From assembly GCF_009914755.1 (NCBI RefSeq), contig NC_060933.1: 64,000 nucleotides of DNA. The stretch is one strand, 5' to 3'. Made by a program: the position numbers and the translations under genes. This document shows, one piece after another, positions 50,360 to 64,000 of this stretch. The notes below the pieces were generated by a model. It was not told where the DNA came from. It made no database searches and saw nothing but the letters and a program-made list of their open reading frames with translations. This DNA comes from the human T2T-CHM13v2.0 reference genome, Homo sapiens. Every line of letters starts with the position of its first letter. Position 1 is the first letter of the stretch.

Positions 50360-50900
50360 TATTTTACCATCATTTATAAACACTTTCTGTGTGCCAGGCA
50401 TAGTGCTAGGTACTAAGGTTGTAGGAATGAATAACCTGTGGTTCCTCAGCTACAAAAGTTTACATTTCCATAAGGGAGACAGATCAACGAATAAATTCTA
50501 CAGTGTAATCACGATAGAGGGATATGAGATGTTGTTGAAACCAGTGCCAGGATAGGGTAAAGTAAGTTAGGTGACTAGGATGCAAAATTTAAGAAGACCT
50601 GTACTCTCAGTGTCATGGGACTTGCAGAGTTGGCACTTGTACCACCCTGAGAATGAGGGTTTCCTTAAATTTTGTGCCCAAGATGCCTCACTTACCTCAC
50701 CTTTGTCCTGGCCCTGGTAGAAACATAACAGAGAAAGACCCAGCTCTCCTTTGTGGAATCCAAAAATTTTCCCGGAGCAGATGACCTGGAACCCAAGCCT
50801 TTGAGAAAGGGCAAGAGTTAGCCAGGCAAAGAAAGAAAGGTGGGAAAGGTAGAGGTGTCAGCAAATGTACAACCATAGAGGAGAGAGCAAGCATAGCACG
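50360..50900 (-). mobile_element. L2 fragment interrupted by MER96
   Basis: TGTGTGCCAGGCATAGTGCTAGGTACT..., resuming after 50724 with GAGTTAGCCAGGCAAAG. Confidence 0.7.
50542..50716. mobile_element. MER96-like palindromic hAT-Tip100 MITE with 8-bp TSD
   Basis: Arms CAGTGCCAGGA...GCAAAATTTAAG...CTCTCAG / CTGAGAATGAG...CTTAAATTTTGTG...TCCTGGCCCTG. TSD GTTGAAAC / GTAGAAAC. Confidence 0.88.
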
Positions 50901-51551
50901 CAGATGCACCTGCAAGTAGATTGATATGGCTGCATCAGTGCAAGGTGGCTTGGAGAAGTGGGCGGCAGGACAGGGATTGCCTAAGGATGAAAAAAAGGGC
51001 CAGTTCACAGAACCCAGGAGAGAAACATACTGTATATTTAGGAGGACCAAGTAGTTTATCATTGAACTTGGACACATTTGAGGGTGAAAGAAGGTATTAC
51101 CCATAATTGCTAAGGCAGCAAGATCAAACAGGAATGTGTATGTATATAATACATCTGCAGTACACAGTAAGCTATTGTCTCCTGACATTGTCCTCAATGT
51201 AGCACTTCTTCCACTTTCCCTAGGAGTTGGAGGTATTTTACTTTTCTTTAGTATAAGGGGAAGACCTCAGGGAAACAAACAATGTCAGGAAAATAGCTTG
51301 TGATTAGGAACCCAGTAAGATCCCTTTATAAATGTGAGGCTTGAAACCATGTTTGGGCCAGTATCACTCCTTGTAAGGACCATGTGACCAACTCAGCAAA
51401 GATGTTTCTGCTTTTGAACACTTCTACGCTTCTGAACATGTGTATATTATGAGTTTTGATTTATAAATGCTAAAAGGATTGCAGACTTTTTGTCCACAGT
51501 AGTGAATGAACCAGACACTTTAAACGTTTATTCCAGCAAGCATGATGCCGG

Positions 51552-52480
<929 letters not shown>

Positions 52481-52719
52481 CCAGTAGGCCAACTCATATC
52501 CATGTTACCCTCCAAGGGGCTCCAGAGATTTCTGGCCAACTTTTGCTGATAGAATGCAATGAGATTCTGGACTTGAGTGAGGTTTTGATGCACACATTAA
52601 AAGAAAACTGTTATGAAAGAGAATACTCATTTATTTAATGACATTTCATACAAATTAGGTCTTTTTGTACATGTCCCTTACTCGCACAACATTGTAATAT
52701 GGATATAATTTTATTTCTT

Positions 52720-53435
52720 TCACTTTTTATTACCAAATGCAAAAAAGTAGAAGGACTAGTGTAATGAACCCCCATATGTATATCACCTGGCTTGAAATAA
52801 CAGTTGATAACCCTTCATAATATTTTAGTTCATAGGTATAATCACAAGCATACATGCACACATGCACACACACACACACAACTTTTAAAGTAAAACAGAG
52901 GTATCAGGATATTTGTCCCTTAAATACCTTGTTATAGATTTCTAAATGGTAAGATTTGTTTCCTTCAAATAATAATATCTAATAAAATTAACAACAAAAT
53001 CAACAGTAACTTCCTAACATCATCTACTATAATTTTCATATCCACATCTTCACATTTGCATCCCTCATTTTCCCAGTTTTATCTTCAAACTTAGACCAAT
53101 CAAGGACCATGTATGGCATGTACCTGTTATGTCTCTTGTCTCTTAACTCTTTTTTAATCTACAGCAGCCCTAACTTCCTAGGACAATTGAAGAGGTCAAG
53201 CCAGTTGTCATGCAGAATGTCCATTTTCAGATTCTGTTCCCTCGCGGTGTCGTTTCCTTACGAGGCCTATTCCTTTTGCTTCCAGCAAGCTGGAAGTTGG
53301 ATCTAAAGGTTAGGTTATATGCTACTTAAAAGTTTTTGGCAAGAATATATCATAGGTAAGCTGAGTCTTTTTTCTTCATACATCTGATTGCCCATAAAGG
53401 ATATTAGTGATATTAACATCTATCAAATTGGGTCC
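52720..53435 (-). mobile_element. L1MC4/5-like 3'UTR
   Basis: TAATGAACCCCCATATGTATATCACC...CCAATCAAGGACCA...CCAGTTGTCATGCAGAATGTCC...TTTTTGGCAAGAATA. Confidence 0.75.
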
Positions 53436-53929
53436 ATTTAGAGAGCGGAATCCTGAAGTTAGGGAGGTTAGTTGCATACCTAAAGTCATACGGTTAGTAA
53501 GAGACTGAAGCAGAATTCAAGTGTTACATACTCACGCAAGTCAGGGAGTGAGGGCTGATGGACATATTGTCAAACTCTCCTAGATGGACAAAGTAGAACT
53601 AAATGATGAAGCATGCAAGTAAAACTGCAAGGCACAATCATGGACAAAGTATTGCCTTCAATAAGAGAAATGAGGCTGTGGGGCTGCGATAGCTCAATAT
53701 TTGACCCAAGAAAAGTTTAGTGGAAAACTTTTAAAAAGCCTATATTACAGTCATTTAAGTGTCAGAAATAAAGTAAACTTTTCAATGCTTTCTTACAGAT
53801 TTGGACTACAGTGTTCGAGGGGCTTGCATAAGGCATCATCCTCACTCACCTGTCACATAATAGGCAGTTGATAGCTATTTGTCAAATGAATGAAGCTATT
53901 TGTGTTAAGCATTGATACCATATTCTACC

Positions 53930-55030
<1,101 letters not shown>

Positions 55031-55244
55031 TTTATCATTTCGTATATCTAATTAATACATCATTTCTAAGACTGGCTAGTACTTGTGACCTTCGGTCTTC
55101 CATACAGTTTCAGCTTTGCAAGCCCTCTTTTGTCAATCAGTCGTGTTCGATATCAGGGTGTTGGATGCCCTCAGATGGGTTCTAAACATTGGTATGGAGC
55201 AGATTATTTCTTCATTCATGTCAATTGTAATTGGTAAGTGCAAC

Positions 55245-55680
55245 TATAAGAGCCAGGGAAGCTCAAAAGATGTATCTCTCCAGATTGAGGGGGTGGAGGT
55301 GGCGAAGAAAGGATGTCAGAGAGGACTCCCTAAATGAGAGGATTCCTGACGTGAGTTGTAGAGTTGTTTCTGAGTCGGCCATGGAAGTAAGTATACGTAT
55401 GAGGGGCTTTCGAGGCAGATGGAACAGCATGTGCAAAGGCATGAGAGGAAGAGAGAATATGGCATTTTCAGGGCATTGCAAGTAGTTTGGTGTGGCCCAA
55501 GAACTAACAATGGAACCAGAAGCTAGAGGGCTAAATGAGGTCTGGATCACAAAACGTCTTCTAGCCATGTGAAGGCGCTTCAACTTCATGTGAAGGGCAA
55601 TGGGAAACCAATGAAGGAGGAATGGCAAGGAATAACATGACCAGATACAATTTTTTTAGCAATTGCACAAACAATGGTTC
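55245..55680 (-). mobile_element. L2 fragment
   Basis: AGGCAGATGGAACAGCATGTGCAAAGGCATGAG...AGGGCAATGGGAAACCAATGAAGG. Confidence 0.75.
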
Positions 55681-56606
55681 AGATAAAAAGAAAGACACAC
55701 ACTCCAAATTCAACTTGGTAAGTATACTGAATTTGATTTAATACTTGACTTTGTCAGGACGTGTTTTTATGCTTCTTTATCCACTTGCCAAATCAAACAT
55801 GCCTATAGCACTGTGTGGAAGAAGCATAATCTGCTCTTTAACCCTTTTCTTCTCTAGTGCAGGGAAGTCTGAGTTAATACACTGCTTGATTACTTACACA
55901 TGGTGAAGGGCCCTTCTCAAGCTGCCCCAGATAGTTGGGTTCTGCCGCTGGTTTTATAGGCTTTATTTATTTAGCCAGAGCTAGAAACATGGAAAACAAC
56001 AGTCTCTGAGCACATGGACGGGTTTCCCTGCAGGAGTCTGAGCTGGCAGTTATTTTAATTAGCAACACATTTTATAAGGGCAGAATCAGAAATGGAAACA
56101 TGTCAAGGCCTCTTTAGTTATCGAGTTTGGCAGGTTCCTATGAGTGTGCCCGGGCATGGTAATCAGCTCTCAGTTACTCTCCCTCTCTCCCAAGGAAACC
56201 ACATGCACAGAAAAGTTCTCTATGCATAGAGCCCCCTTGGGAGTTGGAGGACTTACCGATATGACACACAAAAAGTGGAGGATTCAGGAGTCCTTCTGGA
56301 GCCAGTTCTGGGAAATACAGTTTTCTCAAGGTAGGCCTAAAGTCATTTGTCTTTGATCTGGCCCCAGACCAGTTTCTCAGTTCTCATAACCTTTCTAGAA
56401 CCAGTCCTTCTAGATATGCAACCCAGTTTACTAAATTTATCTGTCTAACGTCCACTAAGCACCAAAAAATTGATTTCCCCTTTTTATTGCCATGATGGTT
56501 TTGAGCATCCTAAATATATGTGTGTGCATAATATAAACACACACACACACACATATATATAATATATAATTATTGACTTCAGATATATCTAAAATAAACC
56601 AAAATA

Positions 56607-56937
56607 CAGTAGTCCCCTCTCATCTGCGGTTTTGCTTTGAATGGTTTCAGTTACCCACAGCCCACCAAAAATAGGTGAGTACAGTACAGTAAGATATTTT
56701 GAGAGACAGAGAAACCGTATTTACATAACTTTTATTACAGCATATTGTTATGATTATTTTATTTTCTTATTAGTTATTGTTATTAATCTCTTACTGTGCC
56801 TAATTTATAAATTAAACTTTATCATAGGTATCCAGATATAGAAAAAACAACACAGTATAGGGTTCAGTACTATCCACAGGTTCAGACATCCACTGAGTCT
56901 CTTGGAACATATCTCAAAAATAAATAGGAGACTACTG
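56607..56937 (+). mobile_element. MER44A-like TcMar-Tigger MITE
   Basis: TA|CAGTAGTCCCC...GAGACTACTG|TA: TIRs and TA TSD. Internal TTAATCTCTTACTGTGCCTAATTTATAAATTAAACTTTATCATAGG. Confidence 0.9.
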
Positions 56938-58256
56938 TACACTCGTACATTTCAAAATGAGTGGTAACTGTATACTGTTCTAACAAGAAGGTCTCTTAAA
57001 TGAATGGATTAAGCTGATAAGCTACTGTCTTCTATTCACTTATCCATTCGTGTAATCATTGTGCCAGATATAAGCTAAATGCATAGTCTCTGACTATGAG
57101 AAACTCAATTTAATGGGGAAAGTGACCCGTGGACTAAAACACAAATTTAGAACAAAGTAACAAGGGTGGTGATAGACATGCACACAAGGCTCTCTGGTTT
57201 GCAAGTGGCAGAAACCAACCTTGAAGCAACTTCACAGAGAGGGAGAACTTGCTGGATGGATAAATATATTGCATTAAGTTCAAAGTCTCATTTTGGAAGC
57301 AACCAGGTCCCCAGACCATAGACACAGCTACATTCTCAGGACAGGGAAGGGGAGAGAGAAAAAGAAATTCTTATATCCTAGAAAAGAAAATGCCCTGCAA
57401 TTTTGAGTATATATTTGGTGAAAAACAACTTTTGCAGCATCTTCAGTTTTTAGGCCAAGGATGTCAGGATTGTGACCCATTGGGTGAGGATGCCTGAGCA
57501 ACAAGTGAGAGAAGCCTATAAAAAGAATTCTAATTTCTAGTATCAAACAAGCCCTTGTTCTGCCCCACAAACACCTCCTAAAAACTATCAACTAAAGGGC
57601 TTTTCAGGAGCACTGCTTTGTCAGACCATCAACCTGAACACCTAAATTATTGTTAAAAAAACAAACAAACAAAAAATTCTTCCGTCCTGGTTCAGCAACA
57701 CATAAATAAGATCTGTCACAATGCCTCAGGAACCAAAACCAAAGGATTACAAGCTCTTGTTACTCAGAATTTTGGAGCATATTTGGGTCAAAACAGAAGA
57801 GAACAGCCTCCATTTTGGGGCACCTAGCCTCCAATTTAATATCTCTTTTCTTGATATTATATTTAAAAAAAACGTTTCAAAATATGAGGCTGCTTTCACT
57901 TTGAGAAGCTGGTATTCACAGCCAGAACTGCTAGCAGAAAATCCAAGTCTTCCCAAGAGGTGGCTGCAATAAAAAGTAGAGACGATATTGGCTGCAAACT
58001 TAACAGTCATGTTGGGTGGAGCCCACCTTCATTCATTTTAAAGCATGCATTCAACCACCATGTGGCTCCCACTGAGCCCTTCCAGCCTGTGAGGCTCTGT
58101 GGAGAAGCCAGGATGGGCAAAGCACAGTCACTAAACATACATTAAGCCCAGAAGGAGGGACAGGCAAGAAACTAGATAGCAAAAGGGCACAGCAGAGTAT
58201 ACTAAATAGGTACCGAGTACTAAAGAAGCAATACATAGGTGAGCTTCGCCTGGAGC

Positions 58257-58440
58257 TAGGAATGGCTTCATGGGAATGCAGTCTGTGCTCAGAAAGGCCC
58301 CAGTTGTCACCATCTTGAACTTTTTAATAATTTTATCTTTGAATTTGAGTTTCATAAGTGAAGTCTGATAGGACAATAGAGCATGTTCCTGGAGCTGGGA
58401 GCGTCCAGCTCCTGTGCACTCTCACTTCCCACCATGCCCC
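58257..58440 (+). mobile_element. MER45B/C-like hAT-Tip100 5' fragment
   Basis: GGCTTCATGGG...GCTCAGAAAGGCCCC...TTAATAATTTTATCTTTGAA...TAAGTGAAGTCTGATAGGACAATAGAGCATG. Confidence 0.75.
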
Positions 58441-59384
58441 CACCTGCCTGAATGCATCTTGGCCTCCTGCTTCTCTGAGACTCTGAGACTCCTCCTGAGA
58501 CTCTGGCTCAAGGCTCCTCTCTATATCCCACAACCACTGGGCACTTCATCCAGGGCAGCAAGTAGGTCTTGTTGGCCTTGCTGGGCTGGAAGGCAGACCT
58601 TCTGTCCTTGCCTTCCAGCCCAGCAAGGGCTTGCAGGCGTGGAGAGGGGAGGTACCTGGCATGTGCCCTGCAGCCTCTCTGAATGGGTCAAGGCAGTGAC
58701 TGTCCTTGCCATGAACTAGTAGCGTTTCAACACCTCTGGCAGGTGACTCGGTGGAGAACTGTCACCCGCTCCTATGGGGGTAGGGAGAACGTCACTGTAT
58801 AGAGGTTGCAGGCCTTTAGAGGATACTCATTCACACTTGGGATAGCAATCCTGTGGGAAAGGGAGATTGACTTCCCTTGCTGGGGCCTTGCGTTTTTCAC
58901 TTTCCATGGGCTCTGCAAATTATGTGACCATCCCTACTAGGAATCCAGATCAGAATGACCTCAAAGCCTCTGTTTCCTGCAATGTCCCACAAAGATGGGG
59001 ATCATGCAGGGCAGGGTATGAGTTTGAGGTCAGAGTGCTTCAGCCAGCCTCACATCAAACGTCTAGACAGGAATCTGGCAGCTCAGCTCCAGCAACGCTG
59101 GGCCCCCACACCAGCTGCGAGGGAGAACATCCACCACTCTCCCTGCCCAAATGGCAGCTTTGGTGGTGTCCACATTGTCTCCTTCCCTCTCTCTTCGCAT
59201 GAGATGCCACTCTGTTTCAGTGTGCAGAAGCAATTCTACACCTACACTATGCCTTAGAGAAATCATGCCAGCGGTGACGGACAGGTGGGATTGAACAAGG
59301 ACAGACAGGAGAGGCTTTGGAAAAGCTTGTGTGCACAATGGGAAAGAACTGAACCAGGAAGGGAGCAAAAAAAGAAATAAAGGG

Positions 59385-59501
59385 AAAGGTGACCAACTGT
59401 CCTGGCTTGCACAGAACTTTGGGGTGTGAAACCCAGGATATGAAACTTCTGGTGCTAAAACCAGGACATTCTGGGGCAAACTAAGATGGCTGATCACCCT
59501 A
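59385..59501 (-). mobile_element. MER81-like hAT-Blackjack MITE
   Basis: TIRs GGTGACCAACTGTCC / GGCTGATCACCCTA, with internal GTGCTAAAACCAGGA. Confidence 0.8.
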
Positions 59502-59529
59502 GAAGGTCAAGTCATCGAAGTAAGCAGCA

Positions 59530-59740
59530 ACTAATGATGGCAGCGTTTTACAGCCTCCAAAGCTCTTTGTCTTTCATTATCAGATCTCATCCTGGCAACA
59601 ATCATGTGAGAAAGACAGAGCAGGTTACTGTTCCACTTTATTTACGAAGAAACCTGGGGCTCAGAGAATGCAAGTGACTTACCAGAAATCTAATAGCTAA
59701 TAAGTACTGGAATAAGACCGCAAATCCAGATCTGCTAACG
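59530..59740 (-). mobile_element. MIR SINE
   Basis: CATTATCAGATCTCATCCTGGCAACAATCATGTGAG...GGCTCAGAGAATGCAAGTGACTT. Confidence 0.7.
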
Positions 59741-60259
59741 AATACAAATAATAGGGTCTGAGAAGTGATTGAATGTGTTGAGAAACAAAGAGAAGATAGA
59801 GGCTTTTTAGCTGACTGAGAGAACATTTCCATGAAAAGAAATAAGAAAATTAGGAGAAAATAATCTTTGGGACAGGAAAGATGGGTTCGGTTTGGAGAGT
59901 ATCGTGCTCTGAATTCACTGAGCAACATGAAATTTCTCAGGGGGTTGATGTCTTGAAAGCGATCAGCCAAAATTATGTTTACTTAATAGATCAATCTGTC
60001 TTAGATACTGCAGAACTCTGACACACACCTTGGCAATGACTTTCTGCTTCTACTCAGAAAATATTCTGGGTCACCTTCCTGACAAGATAAGCAAAGAACT
60101 GGCAGTAAATTACTGTGACTGTACAGTGGGCAGGAATAAGCAAGATGTGGCCAATTCTCTGTAAAGGATATGAGTGTGGGAACCACAAAATACCGTAAAC
60201 TGTGGGGAGGGGAACAAGTTGGGACGCCATCTTTAGAATTTGTTTTCATTGACCTTTGA

Positions 60260-60528
60260 ATTTATGTATTTTTTATTTTTTTGAGACAGGGTCTTGCTCT
60301 GTTGCCTAGGCTGGAGTGCAGTGGCGTGATCTAGGCTCACCGCAGCCTTGACCTCCTGGGATCAAGCAATCCTCCCACCTTGGCCTCTGAGTATCTGGGA
60401 ATACAGGTACATGCCACCATGCCTGGCTAATTTTTGTATTTTTGTAGAGACAGGGTTTCATCACGTTGCCCAGATTGGTCTCAGACTCCTGGGCTCAAGC
60501 CATCTGCCCGCTTCAGCCTCCCAAAGTG
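60260..60528 (-). mobile_element. AluJ, 5'-truncated
   Basis: J-type diagnostics GCAGCCTTGACCTCCTGGG and CTCCTGGGCTCAAGC; ends CCTCCCAAAGTG. Confidence 0.94.
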
Positions 60529-61129
60529 TAAATTTGTTTCTTTAGCAATCAATATCCAAAAACTGTGCTACACTTGGGGAATGCAAAGTCACAGTGCTGC
60601 CATTGGGAAGCTCATAACCCATCTCTGGGGTGCATAGGCTGAGACTCACGTTATAAAACAGGTCTGTACAATGTTTTGAAGGAAATTGCCAACAGAAGTA
60701 ATGCAAGTGGGGGCTTGAAGAATGCATTAAAAAATTTCCAGGTAGAAAGGCGTAAGAAAGTGCAACCCATTCCTTTTTCATTTATTCAACAAATATTTAT
60801 TTAGCCTCTTTAATGGGCCTGGTCCTCTTTTAAGTGAAGTGTCTCAAGGATATACAGCTCAAAGATTGAGCTCAAGATACGTGGCTCCTATTTCCACTAT
60901 CCCGTGACTCCTCCAAAGGAGACCGTGACTTTCTGGAAAAGGGTAAGGACTACAAGTGAAAAATAGGGAGTGGGTCCAAAGATAAATTCCCCTCTATATT
61001 TCTCTGTGGCATACTTGCCTTAAGGGTTGAGTTAGACACACAGGCCAAGAATTTATGGAATGGGTACAAAAAACATGGATGCTTACCATTTGGTAAGCAT
61101 ACACCATAATCTCAGCACATTTTAAACTC

Positions 61130-61260
61130 ATTCTAACTTTACTTCTGATGCCAAAACAGAAACTCAGAGAGGTTAAATATGCCCTCAAGGCCACAGAGCC
61201 AATAAGTAGGAGAGTCTAGCATGTTTCTGACTCATATCCTATGCTCCTACCACAGCACTG
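61130..61260 (-). mobile_element. MIR fragment
   Basis: AAACAGAAACTCAGAGAGGTTAAATATGCCCTCAAGGCCACAGAGCCAATAAGT. Confidence 0.7.
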
Positions 61261-62239
61261 AAATTCCCCCAGAGCCTGTAACTAGAGTGTAACTATTTAG
61301 CCATGAAAATTTGAATCCTTCAGATCTCACATTCCACCGGTTGTTCTACTTTTATAATTATCATTACTCTTTCATACTAGTATACAAATTCATCAGTAGT
61401 GAGTAGGACTTTTGTGGCAACCATACTTCACAATTGGATGGGTTCTTTTGGGCTCTTGCAAATAGGGACGAGCTAGATGAAATTAATTATTGGATGAACT
61501 TTAAGATCTCTCCTTCACTTGAAATGCTGATTCCCTGAAAACTTCAGAATGAGGCTTCAAATCAATCTGTTGACTTTCACTGGTCACCAACACATTTGAA
61601 ATTTCCCTTCCCACTCTCCCAGCTTTGTTTGTTTTTTGCTTTTGTTTGTTTGAGTGATTGTTTTACTGTGTATAATTCTCCCAAAATGCTAGTAGAGATT
61701 AGTAAAGTTATACAAGACCTCACATTATCAATCTAGGCTATTCAAAGCATATGCTAGCACTGACTGTTTTGTGGATATTATTCCTCTTGGTTCCAATTTA
61801 TGTCAACCAAACAGAGCTTTTGCTACAAACAAAGTTGCAACTACAAAATAAAGTTTTGAAAAAGAGTGTCTGGGCAAGGCACAAGGAAAGACTGTATCTC
61901 TGAAATTGACTCTTGGTTTTTAGAAAAAGAAGTGGGGCAGGGGGAGGAGGAGAAGAGGGGATTGTGCCTCCTGAAATTCAGACAATCAATCCAGAGAGGC
62001 AGCTCAGCCTCACTTCTGTGGCTGAGAACTTTGACTCCAGCTTCCATCTGGTTTCCATAAGGCAAGAGAACTTGGCAAATGGCTGGCCACGTAACTTCAG
62101 CACGTGCACATCCTGACCACGAGCACCAGTAAAAGGAGCCAAAGGGAACAGACAAATTTCTCTCTGTTCCTCTGTATAGTATAGGGAAGAAAGAGTTGCT
62201 TTAAAGAGAAACGGAGTGCTCTGCAACCCTATTGGGCAA

Positions 62240-62617
62240 TGTCTTGGTCCATTTTCTGTTGCTATAACAGAAAACCACAGACTGGGTAATTCAGAAAGAA
62301 AAGAAGTTTATTTAGCTCACTGTTCTGGAAGAAACTGGGAAGTCCAAGAGCATGGCTCTGGCATCTGATAATTGTCTTCTTGCTGTGTCATAACATGGCG
62401 GAGGGCATCATATGGCGAGAGGGCAAGAGTGTACCCACTCACGTCTCTCTTCTTCTTTTTATAAAGCCACCAGCCTCATCATGGAAGCTCCACCATAATG
62501 TTTTTATATAATCCTAGTTACTTACCAAAGGCTATACCTCCAAATACCATCAACATATGAATTTGGGGTTTAGGTTTTAAGCACATAAAATCTGAGAGAC
62601 ACATTCAAACCACAGTG
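62240..62617 (-). mobile_element. MSTC-like MaLR solo LTR
   Basis: TGTCTTGGTCCATTTTCTGTTGCTATAACAG...GACACATTCAAACCACAGTG. 5-bp TSD GGCAA / GGCAG. Confidence 0.85.
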
Positions 62618-62754
62618 GGCAGGTTCACAAAGAACTGCCCATTTAACTGCATCAAAAATGCCCACCTCCGATGGAGATGATATTACCAGTTATTCTAAAA
62701 ATGTCTGGTAAATGTTCTAACTCCACTGCTGCCTTTAATTCTATATGGTGTGTG

Positions 62755-62970
62755 CACAGGCAGCAGGATCTAAGTGAAAGAACCTAAACTTGGATCTAGA
62801 TGGATATGGCATAAGTCAACAGTTCTGTTACTTATAACTGTGAAGCCTTGAACACATTACTTAAACTGCTTGAATAACACAGAGTATTCTGTAATTTATG
62901 AGATCTTTGTGAGATGATATATATAAAACATCCTGTACACAGTGGGTGCTTCATAAATAGTATTTATCAT
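62755..62970 (+). mobile_element. MIR SINE
   Basis: TTCTGTTACTTATAACTGTGAAGCCTTGAACACATTACTTAA...GGTGCTTCATAAAT. Confidence 0.6.
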
Positions 62971-63380
62971 TAAGTTTGAGGTGATGCTTTCCTCCAAGAT
63001 TTTATTATTCAAACACGCTCACAGTGTGTCTGGCTCTAGGATACCGTACATACATCATCTCCATTAATGTTTTGAACATACCTTTGTTGTTTTTATATTA
63101 TGCCACTTACAATGCTTCAGTTCAAATAATTATGGAATATCTGTTTAAAGGGAGTCTTCAGCTCCATGGCCTTACAGATGAGAATGCAGAAGCAGGAAAA
63201 AATGCCACAGCAAGTCAGTGGCAGATCCAGGCCTATCCCAGTATCCCGAATCTCAGTTTTCTGTCTACTATTTCACCTGCCCTCATAAATGTTTCTGAAG
63301 CTAAAACAATTACAGTCATCCTTCCAAAAACCTCATCATAAAATTGTAGAGCTGGGATAGAAAAGTTTCTTCCACTGCTG

Positions 63381-63857
63381 TCTGGCAGGCTGAATTATGG
63401 CTCTCAAAGATGCCTGAGTCTCAGAACTGGTGAACATTACTCTGTATGAGAAAGGGTCTTTGCACATATGATTAAGGATTTGGAGCAGGAGAGATTATTC
63501 TGGATTATTTGAGTGGGCATGATATAATCACAAGAGTCCTCACAAGAGGAAGCAGAAGAAACCAGAGTCAGAGAGAGGGCCATGTGAAAATGGAAGTGGT
63601 AACTGGATGATGGGCTTTGAAGACGGAGAAAGGAGCCACAAGCCAAGGAATGCAGGTCACTTGTAGAAGCTGGAAAAGGCAAGGAAACAAACTCCTCCAA
63701 AGCCTCCAGAGGGAACCAGCTCAGTGACACCTTGACTTTAGCCAGTGACACTGATTTTGGGCTTCTGACCTCTGGAACTGTAAGGGAATAAATTTGCATT
63801 GTTTTAAGCCACTGAGTTTGTGGTAATTTGTTAGAGCAGCAATACATAACTAATACA
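63381..63857 (+). mobile_element. MLT1D-like MaLR solo LTR
   Basis: GAAGCTGGAAAAGGCAAGGAAACA...CTTCTGACCTCTGGAACTGTAAG...TTTTAAGCCACTGAGTTTGTGGTAATTTGTT...AACTAATACA. Confidence 0.9.
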
Positions 63858-64000
63858 ACAGTGTAGTACACTGTATCAAAAACACTGAGTGACAGCTAAA
63901 ATGCCCAACCACTGGGAATTACAAGTTATAAGGGAATATAATGCAGCCTTTTAAAAAGTGTTGATTCAAGTTTATTGAAGTAGGAGAATATGTATATTTT

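Noticed and set aside
31121-51197. Longer ORFs in unique or mixed DNA (31121..31558, 36679..37110, 47607..47993, 50697..51197)
   Set aside because: No recognisable domains, several overlap L2/MIR sequence, and lengths are compatible with chance.
58880-59260. Possible very old MLT/LTR remnant (also 57170-57330 and 31260-31570)
   Set aside because: Too degraded to assign by eye.

Overview
Primate (most likely human) non-coding genomic DNA, judged from Alu J/S, THE1A, MST, MLT1, L1M, L2, MIR and MER elements. I found no supportable protein-coding exon, RNA gene or CpG island. The listed ORFs are repeat-derived or chance ORFs; the only recognisable protein traces are fossil L1 ORF1/ORF2, a hAT transposase dimerisation domain and an ERVL integrase/dUTPase. 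The left part is AT-rich with old L1s and a ~1.27 kb 24-bp minisatellite. The right part is richer in L2/MIR and unique, enhancer-like stretches. The most striking structure not explained by repeats is a ~220 bp three-part templated insertion (14236-14456) inside an MLT1 LTR. It is stitched from an inverted copy of 15204-15275, a direct copy of 11144-11275 and a fold-back copy of 11264-11280, with 2-bp microhomologies at two junctions. Other notable items are a second local templated copy (35376-35432 from 36098-36154), a 5'-inverted (twin-primed) L1MC, a 5'-deleted THE1A provirus and an inverted Alu pair 30 bp apart. I found no evidence for a new gene system. Repeat subfamily names come from my recall of consensus sequences and need RepeatMasker/Dfam confirmation; boundaries of old elements are approximate.
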